From NCBI GenBank assembly GCA_026396175.1, contig JAPLXG010000002.1:25490-89489 (forward strand): a DNA stretch of 64,000 nt, given 5' to 3'. This document shows positions 10,059 to 18,962 of this stretch, piece after piece. The notes under the pieces were generated by a model. The model was not told where the DNA came from. It ran no database searches and worked only from the letters and a program-made list of their open reading frames with translations. Each line of letters starts with the position of its first letter. The stretch's first letter is position 1. Source of the stretch: Candidatus Moraniibacteriota bacterium. GTDB taxonomy: Bacteria; Patescibacteriota; Minisyncoccia; Moranbacterales; UBA2206. The position numbers and the translations under genes are program-made.

Positions 10059-11321
10059 ATGCTCACAATTTTTGTCGTTGTCATACTTCTTTTAAATCTG
10101 GCTATTTTAGCCTTGCTATTTTCTCGCAAGGCCGGCGACAATTCCGCGCTCATCAAGGAAAGTAATGAACGGATTGGGCGAGCTTTGCGGGAAGAGATGG
10201 GCGCTAATCGGGAAGAAATCGCCCGGTCAATTAAGAATTTTGGCGATTCTGTTGACAAGCGCATTTTTACGCTCGCGGAAATGCAAAATAAAAATTTCGG
10301 TGCTTTTTCTGATAAATTGGGCGAGGTGATTGAAAAAAATGACAAAAAAATGGAGTATGTACGCGAGACAATCGAAAAGCGCTTGGAAAATATCCAAAAA
10401 GACAACAGCGAAAAATTGGAAAAAATGCGCGAAACGGTGGACGAAAAATTGCATGCCACTTTGGAAAAACGCTTGGGCGAATCTTTCAAATTGGTTAGTG
10501 AACGTTTGGAGTTAGTTCACAAAGGCTTGGGTGAAATGCAGACACTGGCGAGCGGCGTCGGGGATCTCAAAAAAGTTTTGCAAAATGTCAAAACCCGTGG
10601 CACTTGGGGCGAAGTCCAGCTTGGCACGCTCCTTGATCAAATTATGACCATTGAACAATATGAGAAAAATGTCGCGACAAAAAAAGACAGCAATGACCGG
10701 GTTGAATTTGCCATCAAGATTCCGGCTAAAGATGAAAAACTGAAAAACATTTGGCTGCCAATTGACGCCAAATTTCCCCTGGAAGATTTTCAAAACCTCA
10801 TCGACGCGGAAGAAAAATGCGATATCGCTCTCATCGCCAGCCTGGGAAAAGCGCTGGAAGTGCGCATCAAATCAGAAGCGAAAGATATCCGCGAAAAATA
10901 TCTCGACCCGCCCTATACCACTGATTTTGGAATTTTGTTTTTGCCAATCGAAGGACTCTATGCCGAAGTTCTCCGCCGTCCGGGATTAGCTGACACACTT
11001 CAACGGGAATATAAAGTGATTGTGACCGGACCGACCACGATTGCCGCCATTCTCAACAGTCTCCAGATGGGCTTTCGCACTTTGGCCATTGAAAAAAGAT
11101 CCAGTGACGTTTGGATCACGCTCGGAGCAATCAAAAAAGATTTTGCTAGCTTTGGCGATCTTTTGGACAAGACCCACAAGAAACTGCAAGAAGCTTCGAA
11201 TACCATTGAAGACGCATCCAAAAAAAGCCGTACGATTGAAAGAAAACTCGGCAAAGTCCAAGAATTGCCCGTGCCGGAAATTGTGAAAGAGTTGCCTCTA
11301 GGGATTGAGGTGGAAGAATAA
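10059..11321 (+). CDS. rmuC: DNA recombination protein RmuC
   Basis: KTRGTWGEVQL, IDAKFP, TTDFGILFLPIEGLYAE, GPTT motifs. Confidence 0.95.
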   Translation: MLTIFVVVILLLNLAILALLFSRKAGDNSALIKESNERIGRALREEMGANREEIARSIKNFGDSVDKRIFTLAEMQNKNFGAFSDKLGEVIEKNDKKMEYVRETIEKRLENIQKDNSEKLEKMRETVDEKLHATLEKRLGESFKLVSERLELVHKGLGEMQTLASGVGDLKKVLQNVKTRGTWGEVQLGTLLDQIMTIEQYEKNVATKKDSNDRVEFAIKIPAKDEKLKNIWLPIDAKFPLEDFQNLIDAEEKCDIALIASLGKALEVRIKSEAKDIREKYLDPPYTTDFGILFLPIEGLYAEVLRRPGLADTLQREYKVIVTGPTTIAAILNSLQMGFRTLAIEKRSSDVWITLGAIKKDFASFGDLLDKTHKKLQEASNTIEDASKKSRTIERKLGKVQELPVPEIVKELPLGIEVEE

Positions 11322-11349
11322 TAACCCATACATACCAACTAAAAAAATA

Positions 11350-11497
11350 TGTCATCCTGAGCGGAATAAATTTTCGCTAGAAAATTTATGCAGTCGAAGG
11401 ATCTACTAACCTTTATCACTAGCTTGTGATTTGTAGTAAAAACTACGATTACACTAAGCAGATCCTTCGACTTCGCTCCGCTACGCTCAGGATGACA
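11350..11497 (+). repeat. ~150-bp palindromic MITE/REP-like element family A, copy 1
   Basis: TGTCATCCTGAGCG...CGCTCAGGATGACA terminal IR with inner GTCGAAGGATCT/AGATCCTTCGAC IR. Confidence 0.9.
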
Positions 11498-11530
11498 ACT
11501 TAATTTGACTAATTTTAAAACCAAAAAACT

Positions 11531-11731
11531 ATGGACCCCCAACTTGAACAAAAACTCGCTTCGCAAGACCAAAAACTCGACAAAATTTACGCCTCAATCG
11601 AAAAGATGCGCAAGTATTTTTTCTGGACGATGATCGTCACCATCGGAATGATTGTCCTGCCAATCATTGCCCTCATTGCTGTTATTCCCTGGTTCCTGAG
11701 TGTAATGGGTAGTGCTTATAATATTCAGTGA
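11531..11731 (+). CDS. Small membrane protein
   Basis: Coiled-coil N-terminus plus TM helix; bracketed by two family A repeats. Confidence 0.7.
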   Translation: MDPQLEQKLASQDQKLDKIYASIEKMRKYFFWTMIVTIGMIVLPIIALIAVIPWFLSVMGSAYNIQ

Positions 11732-11745
11732 CAAAATACCCATTT

Positions 11746-11895
11746 TGTCATCCTGAGCGGAATAAATTTTCGCTAGAAAATTTATGCAGTCGAAGGATCT
11801 ACTGACCACTACCGTTAGTTTTGCGATTTTATAGCACAACTTACGATAATATAAGGCAGATCCTTCGACTCCACTCCGTTACTCTCAGGATGACA
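11746..11895 (+). repeat. Family A element, copy 2
   Basis: Left arm identical to copy 1 over about 55 nt. Confidence 0.9.
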
Positions 11896-12015
11896 CTGCT
11901 TTTTAGCCTTGAAACAGCCGTTTCGAGCAATTTTGTTTGACAAAAAGGCAAAACCATGCTACGCTTATAAATCAGTTTTTGGATAGTTATTTCAACCAAA
12001 AAAAGGAGGCATCAA

Positions 12016-12288
12016 ATGCCAAACATTGAACAGTACGGTTTTAGTGTTGACGAGGCGCTGGGGATAGACTCGATGATTCATGATCTTTTCGAAAACAAGC
12101 CGTATCGAAATGATTATGTGACGACTTTCATTGAGTCTGACGTGAGAGACCATCGCAATAAAAAACAACCTTTTTTGCGACTGGTTACAACCAAAGATAA
12201 ACATACCGATGACATCATTAACGAACTTAAAAAACTCAAGTTCGATATTGAGGTCATGCCGCTGAATCTTTTCATCCCGAAAGAATAA
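12016..12288 (+). CDS. Hypothetical protein
   Basis: AGGAGG SD; TTGACA-17-TACGCT promoter candidate starting at 11937; hairpin terminator 12309-12345. Confidence 0.7.
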   Translation: MPNIEQYGFSVDEALGIDSMIHDLFENKPYRNDYVTTFIESDVRDHRNKKQPFLRLVTTKDKHTDDIINELKKLKFDIEVMPLNLFIPKE

Positions 12289-12370
12289 CGGCCAAAGGCC
12301 AACGACCGCCCTGTGGATTTTTTCCTTCCACAGGGTGTATTTTTTAAAAAATATTAAATTTTCCGATACA

Positions 12371-12402
12371 AAAAAAATCCACCCTCGCGAGTGGATTTTT
12401 TT
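12371..12402. terminator. Bidirectional intrinsic terminator after rplL
   Basis: AAAAAATCCAC-loop-GTGGATTTTTT between convergent genes. Confidence 0.7.
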
Positions 12403-12423
12403 ATTCTCAAATTGAGAGAAAAA

Positions 12424-12831
12424 CTATTTCAAAGTCACGGTTGCACCGGCTTCTTCTAGTTTCTTTTTCATTCCCTCCGCTTCTACTTTGGAAACTTTTT
12501 CTTTGATCACCTTGGGAGCGGCATCAACCAAATCCTTGGCGTCTTTGAGGCCAAGACCGGTGATTTCTCGCACCGCCTTAATCACATTGATCTTTGATGC
12601 GCCGGAATCAGTTACTTCCACATCAAATTCAGATTTCTCTTCAGTGGCTGGAGCGGCGTCGCCAGCTGCAGGAGCGGCGGCCATCATCACACCAGCGGAA
12701 GCAGAAACACCAAATTTCTCTTCCAAGACCTTCACTAGTTCAGAAAGTTCCAAAACGCTCATTGTTTCGATCTCGGTCACGAGTTTTTTGAATTTTTCTG
12801 GAACTTCAACTTCCTTCTTGTCTTCTGTCAT
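12424..12831 (-). CDS. rplL: 50S ribosomal protein L7/L12
   Basis: [39 protein letters not shown]. Confidence 0.98.
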   Translation of the reverse strand: MTEDKKEVEVPEKFKKLVTEIETMSVLELSELVKVLEEKFGVSASAGVMMAAAPAAGDAAPATEEKSEFDVEVTDSGASKINVIKAVREITGLGLKDAKDLVDAAPKVIKEKVSKVEAEGMKKKLEEAGATVTLK

Positions 12832-12842
12832 TTGTTTAGTCC

Positions 12843-12922
12843 TAGTTAAGTAGTTACTTAGTTTATTAGTTAAGGAGGGATTCTAACCTATTTAACCATT
12901 CAACTATTCAACTAATTAACTA
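12843..12922. repeat. Inverted pair of 8-mer tandem arrays in the rplJ-rplL spacer
   Basis: (TAGTTaag-like)x4 facing (TTYAACTA-like)x4. Confidence 0.7.
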
Positions 12923-12951
12923 ATTAAAAAAATTATAAATTAATTAACAAT

Positions 12952-13467
12952 TTATTTTTTATCCGCCACAGCTTTCAAAACTCGCATAAATCCGCTCAAA
13001 TTTCCCGAGAGCACGCGAACAAAATTCGTAACTGGAGCGTTGATCGTGCCAACAAATTTTGCCAGGAGCTCATCTTTGGATGGCAACTTGGAAAGTGCAA
13101 CCACCTCATCCGTGCTGAGCATCTTTCCTTCCAGCACTCCTCCGGTCACTTTCAATTTGTCATTCACTTTGGAAAATTTGCTCATAATTTTCGCAGCAGC
13201 AACTTCGTCCTTCGGCGAAACGGCCACGGCGATTTGTCCTTCCATTTTCAAAACATCTGCTTCGATGCCGGCATTTTTGAGCGCGATGTTGATGAGGGTC
13301 TTTTTAACCACTTTGAGGCTAATCCCCTCTGCGCGCAATTCTTTTCGCAGAGCCACCATATCTTTCATGTTGAGGCCCTTGAAATCAGAAAAAACCACGG
13401 CCTTGGCGCCCTTCAGTTTTTCTGACAATTCAGACACAATCACGTCTTTTTGAATCTTCGTTTGCAT
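12952..13467 (-). CDS. rplJ: 50S ribosomal protein L10
   Basis: MQTKIQK start; KVVKKTL, LSKLPSKDELLAK; upstream of rplL. Confidence 0.96.
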   Translation of the reverse strand: MQTKIQKDVIVSELSEKLKGAKAVVFSDFKGLNMKDMVALRKELRAEGISLKVVKKTLINIALKNAGIEADVLKMEGQIAVAVSPKDEVAAAKIMSKFSKVNDKLKVTGGVLEGKMLSTDEVVALSKLPSKDELLAKFVGTINAPVTNFVRVLSGNLSGFMRVLKAVADKK

Positions 13468-13490
13468 ATATTTATAAACTTTAGCCAATT

Positions 13491-13582
13491 AAAAACTGCG
13501 GATATTGCCGCAGATTAAATCGAAAAAAAATTCTTTTCGAATTTTCCTCAATAGGACTTATTGGCGCCTATCGTCTGCGGAA
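13491..13582 (-). promoter_or_regulatory. Ribosomal protein L10 leader with attenuator-like hairpin
   Basis: Minus strand CCGCAGAC-GATAGG..TAA..CCTATT-GAGG resembles the L10 leader; followed by CTGCGG-caatat-CCGCAG-TTTTT. Confidence 0.75.
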
Positions 13583-13606
13583 AAAATATTTGCTATTTTA
13601 TTACTA

Positions 13607-14122
13607 TTACTCTGTTTTAGCCTCTTTCGTTTTCTCAATAATTGCTTCGGAAGCTAGTGCTTCTTTCTTCTCTGCTTTCTGTTCACTGTTCACTGTTTCC
13701 TGATTACTGACAATCGCTTCTTCAAATTTCGGAGCAGGGGCCGCTTCAGCTACAACTTCTTCTTTCTTTTCAGCAACTACTTCCTCTTTTTTCTCTTTTT
13801 TCTGTTCACTACTCACTGTTTCCTGATTACTGATAGGTGCTTCAACCACAACAGCTTTCTTTGGCAATTTCACGATTCTTTTCTTTTCAGAAATCACACC
13901 TTTTTTGACTAGAAGGTTATGCACCGTATCAGAAACAAACGCGCCTTTTTCGATCCAATATTTGATCCGGTCAGCCTGGAGCACGGCTTCTTTAGAATGT
14001 GGGTTATAACTGCCCAATATTTCCACGTGCCTTCCTCCTGGAGCAACCGTGCGCTCTTGCAGCATTATCTTGAATTGTGCCGTATTTCGTTTACCTGTTC
14101 GAGCCAGTCGTATGGTCAGCAT
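13607..14122 (-). CDS. rpsP: 30S ribosomal protein S16 with long C-terminal extension
   Basis: MLTIRLARTGKRN, EILGSYNP, IKYWIEKGA; TTGACA-17-TAAACT promoter candidate at about 14194-14222. Confidence 0.95.
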   Translation of the reverse strand: MLTIRLARTGKRNTAQFKIMLQERTVAPGGRHVEILGSYNPHSKEAVLQADRIKYWIEKGAFVSDTVHNLLVKKGVISEKKRIVKLPKKAVVVEAPISNQETVSSEQKKEKKEEVVAEKKEEVVAEAAPAPKFEEAIVSNQETVNSEQKAEKKEALASEAIIEKTKEAKTE

Positions 14123-14260
14123 AAAATTTTAGCTTTAATAAAAACACAGACGTAAAATAACGCTTGTTTTTGCATAATTTAGGTTACTGAGATAGTTTAA
14201 GGCTTTTTTAAAATCTTGTCAAGTTTAACGCACAAATCCGCCGCAAAATGCATCCGTTGG

Positions 14261-15193
14261 CTATTTTTTCTTTCTCACAATATACATCGGCCGGTTAGTC
14301 ACTTCCGCGTGAATGTTGGCGATATAGAGTGCGATAAGCCCAAGGCAGATAAGCACAATGCCGATGAGAAACAGAATCACTACTGCCAGAATAACTGAGC
14401 TGGAAAAATGCAATTCTTTCGTGATATAGCGATCCACCATGATAAAAATACCGAGGAGGCCGGAAAGGAAAGTAATAATCACTCCCATATAGCCAGCCAG
14501 TTTCAAAGGAAAAAGACTGAAAGAAATCACACTATTAAACGCCAAGCGCACCAATTTCCAAAAACTATAGGCCGGCACGCCGTGAATTCGCTCATTCGCT
14601 TCAAAGCGGATATACTCGCGCCGAAAACCAAGCCAATCAATGAGCGCTCTAGTCATGCGATTTCTTTCTGAGAGCTTGTTGAACTCATCAATCACAACAC
14701 GATCCAAGAGACGAAAATCCGTCGCTCGCGTCACAATTTCCATATCCGAAATTTGGTTGATCATTTTGTAGAAAAAATAGGAACCGATTTTTTTGACTAA
14801 TCCCTCGCCTTTATTTTTCTCTCGCACACCCACTACAACTTCTGCGCCCGCTTCCCATTTCGCAATAAAATCCGGAATTTTTTCAATCGGATGTTGCAGA
14901 TCGGCATCCAAAATAATGCACGCTGCTCCTTGGCAACTATTGATACCGGCGGTAAGAGCAATCTCTTTGCCAAAGTTGCGCGAAAAATCAATCACATGCA
15001 CGCGCGAATCCTGCCCGGCAATTTTTTCCAGCTCTATTATGCTTTTGTCGCGACTGCCATCATTGATAAAAATAATTTCCCAGGCATAGTTTACGCCCAA
15101 GACCGCCTGAATTTTTTCATAGAAAAGCGGAATGTTTTTTTCTTCATTGTAGACCGGGACAATAATTGAGAGTAATTTTTTTTCTAGTTCCAT
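14261..15193 (-). CDS. GT2 polyprenol-phosphate glycosyltransferase (GtrB/ArnC-like)
   Basis: PVYNEE, DDGS-like NDGS, FSRNFGKE, DADLQHP; two C-terminal TMs. Confidence 0.92.
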   Translation of the reverse strand: MELEKKLLSIIVPVYNEEKNIPLFYEKIQAVLGVNYAWEIIFINDGSRDKSIIELEKIAGQDSRVHVIDFSRNFGKEIALTAGINSCQGAACIILDADLQHPIEKIPDFIAKWEAGAEVVVGVREKNKGEGLVKKIGSYFFYKMINQISDMEIVTRATDFRLLDRVVIDEFNKLSERNRMTRALIDWLGFRREYIRFEANERIHGVPAYSFWKLVRLAFNSVISFSLFPLKLAGYMGVIITFLSGLLGIFIMVDRYITKELHFSSSVILAVVILFLIGIVLICLGLIALYIANIHAEVTNRPMYIVRKKK

Positions 15194-15203
15194 ATTTTTA
15201 AGT

Positions 15204-16502
15204 TTAGCCTAGCTCATCATTGTGAAGTTTTAGTGAAGATGAGGCAGAATTAAACGAATTAAAAATAAAAGGCAACGTGCTGATTAGAGCCACAAACTGG
15301 GCAATAATTCCTATGCTTAGTATAGCAGAAATCGTGTGACCGAGAAATAGGATCGCAAATGCCGCGATAACCGCCACCGAAAGCAACCCATAAACTACCT
15401 TGACCCGATGTAAGGAAAGCAAATATTGCAGGGTCAAATTAACAAGAGAAAACAAGACAACGAGAATCGCAAACCAGCCCAAGTAGCCCGAGACAGCATT
15501 ATATTTTGCCCCAAATAGTAAGGAAAGGATCAGCCTTGGCGCGAGAAAATAGACCGCCACGGAAATCACTGAAACCATAATCATCAGCGAAAAAGCTTGC
15601 AAAAAAAGTTTTCTTGAGTTGCTTTCTTTTTTGTGATTATGTTCCGCCGACATTGAGAAAAGCACCCCAGCAATCACGCCAGTAGCAAAAAAGATAATTT
15701 TGGAAACAATGGTCAGTGCTCCATATTGTCCCGCTTCAATATCAGAAAGATTGTGCTTAGCGAGCACCATATCTAAATTACCCAGTGCGGTAATCGCCAA
15801 ATTGCCCATAAAAAAAGTAGCCACCGTGCTTTTGACTGACCCAAAATTTAATTTAGCTATTTCATGCGTATCATTTTTCCCTGTGACAATAATAAATTTG
15901 AGGCAAATGAGGGCGATGACATAGGTTCCCACGGCCGAGAGAAAGAAACTAAGCATCAGTCCATTAACTTTTAGTCCAACAGCAATGAAGACCAGCGCGG
16001 AAACTAATTTCAAAGCCCCTCCGGCAATCGCCGCCCAGCTCGACTCTTTGAATTTCTGCCAACCACTGAGCATTCCCTGGGCACCGGAAGAATAAAGCGA
16101 GAGTAGCATTGATACCCAAACAATCACCAGCGGAATATTGCTCTCAATATTTAGAAACTTACTAATAAACGGCGTGAGTAGAATTGTCAGTAAAAAAACC
16201 GGCGTTCCATACTGCGTGATTTTTTTATTGAAATAACTCAACAGCTCATAGCTTCTTTTTTTGTTGTCTTGCGCTTTGCACTCGGCCGCATATTTCGTCA
16301 TCACCATAATCAGTGTCGCGGCTGGAACGGAAATAATCGTCATCAGCGAAATCAAAGATTCTGTTTCGCCATAAACAGCGACACTCACCATTCTTCCCAC
16401 CACCAAATGGAAAATGTAATTGAGCACATTATTCACCATACTGCCGGAAAAAAGCACAAAACTATTCCAAGCAAAAGCATTGTTTCTGATTTTTTTGAGC
16501 AT
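15204..16502 (-). CDS. Oligosaccharide flippase (Wzx-like)
   Basis: About 12 TM helices, NLDMVLAKH..AGQYGA motif; glycan cluster context. Confidence 0.8.
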   Translation of the reverse strand: MLKKIRNNAFAWNSFVLFSGSMVNNVLNYIFHLVVGRMVSVAVYGETESLISLMTIISVPAATLIMVMTKYAAECKAQDNKKRSYELLSYFNKKITQYGTPVFLLTILLTPFISKFLNIESNIPLVIVWVSMLLSLYSSGAQGMLSGWQKFKESSWAAIAGGALKLVSALVFIAVGLKVNGLMLSFFLSAVGTYVIALICLKFIIVTGKNDTHEIAKLNFGSVKSTVATFFMGNLAITALGNLDMVLAKHNLSDIEAGQYGALTIVSKIIFFATGVIAGVLFSMSAEHNHKKESNSRKLFLQAFSLMIMVSVISVAVYFLAPRLILSLLFGAKYNAVSGYLGWFAILVVLFSLVNLTLQYLLSLHRVKVVYGLLSVAVIAAFAILFLGHTISAILSIGIIAQFVALISTLPFIFNSFNSASSSLKLHNDELG

Positions 16503-16504
16503 AA

Positions 16505-17458
16505 TTATTTTATCTTGTAATACTGCCTATACCACTCCACAAAATTCGCAATCCCCTTTTCAATTCTAGTTGTCGGCTTCCAGCCTAATTTTCGCAGTTT
16601 CTTAATATCTGCCACAGTTGAAGGCACATCGCCCGGTTGCATCGGCATCATATTTTTCTTTGCAATTTTCCCCAGACATTTTTCCAAAACTTCAATGTAA
16701 CGCAAAAGCGTTTCTTCTTTGTCTCCACCAATATTCATCACGCCACAAGGCAGATTTGCATCCAGCACAGTAATTGTGCCGGAAACGATATCATCCACAT
16801 AAGTGAAGTTGCGACTCATTTTTCCATGATTATACACATCGATTGGTTTTCCCGCTAGAATATTTTTGGTAAATTTGAAAAGCGCCATATCCGGTCGTCC
16901 CCATGGCCCATAGACAGTGAAAAAGCGCAGACCCGTTGTTGGCAGTCCGTGCACGTGAGAAAAAACATGCGCCATCAGTTCCGTCGCTTTTTTGGTCGCG
17001 GCATAGGGTGAGATTGGCGTGTCAACTGAGTCAGTTTCAGAAAAAGGTAATTTCTTATTATTTCCATACACTGAAGACGACGATGCGTAGACAAAATTTT
17101 TCAGTTTATATTTCGTCGCAAGTTGCAAGAGATTAGTTGTGCCCAAAACATTCACGTCAGCATAGATCAAAGGATTTTCAATCGCATAGCGCACGCCGGC
17201 CATCGCCGCCAGATGCACCACTTTGTCCAATTTCTCATTCTTGAAAATTTTCTCCAGTAATTTTACGTCGCGAATATCTCCGCGATATAGTTTGAATTTA
17301 TACCCCTTGAGAAATTTTTTGATGCGCGCTTCCTTGAGTGACGGGTCATAGTAATCATTGAAGTTATCAATAATCACAACTTGATCTCCGCGGTCCAGCA
17401 ATTTTTTTGCCAGATTTGATCCAATAAACCCCGCGCCGCCTGTGATTAGTACCTTCAT
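16505..17458 (-). CDS. NAD-dependent epimerase (UDP-glucuronate 4-epimerase-like)
   Basis: TGGAGFIG, HLAAMAGVR, YAATK, RFFTVYGPWGRPDMA. Confidence 0.92.
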   Translation of the reverse strand: MKVLITGGAGFIGSNLAKKLLDRGDQVVIIDNFNDYYDPSLKEARIKKFLKGYKFKLYRGDIRDVKLLEKIFKNEKLDKVVHLAAMAGVRYAIENPLIYADVNVLGTTNLLQLATKYKLKNFVYASSSSVYGNNKKLPFSETDSVDTPISPYAATKKATELMAHVFSHVHGLPTTGLRFFTVYGPWGRPDMALFKFTKNILAGKPIDVYNHGKMSRNFTYVDDIVSGTITVLDANLPCGVMNIGGDKEETLLRYIEVLEKCLGKIAKKNMMPMQPGDVPSTVADIKKLRKLGWKPTTRIEKGIANFVEWYRQYYKIK

Positions 17459-17567
17459 AAATTTGAAATTTTAAATTTGAAATTTTAAATCAATTTTCAA
17501 TGTTTAAATTTTTAAAATTTATTCATTTAGATTTCATTTCAAATTTAAAATTTAGACTTTAAAATTT
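17459..17567. repeat. Gene-less inverted (AAATTTN)n heptamer array pair
   Basis: 44-nt arms with 35/44 complementary by manual alignment; abuts the epimerase start codon. Confidence 0.75.
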
Positions 17568-17578
17568 AAATCTAACTT

Positions 17579-18751
17579 TTACAATTTTGACTTCAAGTAT
17601 TGGTAATATTCCTCACTATGGCTATTTTTATTTGTGTAATCTTTGAGCGTTTTTTCTCTTGCGCGCTCGCCCACTTCTTTTCGCAAATTTTCATCTTCGA
17701 TTAGTCGCCCCAATTTCTCCGTCCATTCTAGCGTATTTCCCGCCAAAAATCCAGTCACGCCGTCTTCGATTGCGCCGGAAAAAGTCTCGTTTCGCACGGC
17801 TACCGTTGGGATGCCAAGAATCCCCGCTCCGGTAAACCTAATCTCTGATTTCGCTTCACAAAACGGAGTGCTCTCCAGTGGAGCAAGATTAATATCCGCT
17901 TTTTGGATGTTTTTATAGTGCTCCCCTCTTGGCACTAATGGCAATGTTATGATTCTTTTTTCAAATTCATCAAAAGCGTTTCCCTTTTCTAGTGGACCGG
18001 CTAAGATTAATTTAGTATTGGCATATTTTCGCATCACCGCCACCAGCGCGTCAGTAATGGTGGCAAAATCTTTATTGTGACTTGGCGTTCCACTGAAATA
18101 GCCCAGATAGACAAAATCGTCCTTCGCTTTTCTGTCAGTCTCCCAAAGCTTATTCGCTATTTCCAACTCAATGTTGCTTATTTTATTCGTCACTACAAAA
18201 ACTTTTTTATTTTTTTCCTCCAGAATTTTTGCGAGATAAGTTGTGGTCGTTGTGGCGACTTTTACATAGTCATCTTCCAGGATTTCTCGCCCCAAACCTT
18301 TTTCCAGCTGTACTTTTTCCGCTTCGCCGGCATTTTTGAGATAATCCATTTGCGTTACAAATTTTGAATCAAAATTCAAATCATCGGTGTCAAAAATAAT
18401 TTCTTTTTTTTGCGCTTTTATTTTTGCAATCACTTCGGAAATTTTTTCCGAGTAAATGGTTTTGTGGAAAATAAAAATCTTGAATTCGTCGACTAGTTTT
18501 AGCAGATTGGGATTATCAACAATTGTGACTGATGCGCGAAAATTGTGCCGGTTCAATTCTTCCGCCACATTATGCGTGCGATAATGCGCACTATCGCCCA
18601 CGCCGGAAGCCACGAAAAGAATATCGCCCGGCGGAACATCAAGAGCGCATAAATAATTTTTAGCATAACCAAAAACTATTTTCAGACTGCCCCAAAAACC
18701 ATTGCCGCGCATCAGGGTACGAACTTTATCAATTTTGAGGAGAATTTTCAT
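17579..18751 (-). CDS. GT-B glycosyltransferase (family 4-like)
   Basis: DTDDL, GYFSGTPSH, DINLAPLE...KSE, IEDGVTGFL. Confidence 0.85.
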   Translation of the reverse strand: MKILLKIDKVRTLMRGNGFWGSLKIVFGYAKNYLCALDVPPGDILFVASGVGDSAHYRTHNVAEELNRHNFRASVTIVDNPNLLKLVDEFKIFIFHKTIYSEKISEVIAKIKAQKKEIIFDTDDLNFDSKFVTQMDYLKNAGEAEKVQLEKGLGREILEDDYVKVATTTTTYLAKILEEKNKKVFVVTNKISNIELEIANKLWETDRKAKDDFVYLGYFSGTPSHNKDFATITDALVAVMRKYANTKLILAGPLEKGNAFDEFEKRIITLPLVPRGEHYKNIQKADINLAPLESTPFCEAKSEIRFTGAGILGIPTVAVRNETFSGAIEDGVTGFLAGNTLEWTEKLGRLIEDENLRKEVGERAREKTLKDYTNKNSHSEEYYQYLKSKL

Positions 18752-18767
18752 TGTTTCGTTCGCTGTC

Positions 18768-18951
18768 GGTTCAAGTCTCTGACTTGAACCATTTATTTCT
18801 TACCCAGCCTTATGATATGCGCTAGATACTAATAGCACAAAGCTCGATAACTCTTATAACTAGCTGGCTAGAACTGGATGGTTCAAATCAGAGATTTGAA
18901 CCAACACGGAAACACCGGAGACTCAACCTCCATTATGGAGGTTGAGTCTCC
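18768..18951. repeat. Cluster of orphan REP-like hairpins
   Basis: GGTTCAAGTC-tct-GACTTGAACC, GGTTCAAATC-aga-GATTTGAACC and the 16-bp-stem GGAGACTCAACCTCCA-tta-TGGAGGTTGAGTCTCC. Confidence 0.75.
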
Positions 18952-18962
18952 ACGATATATCG

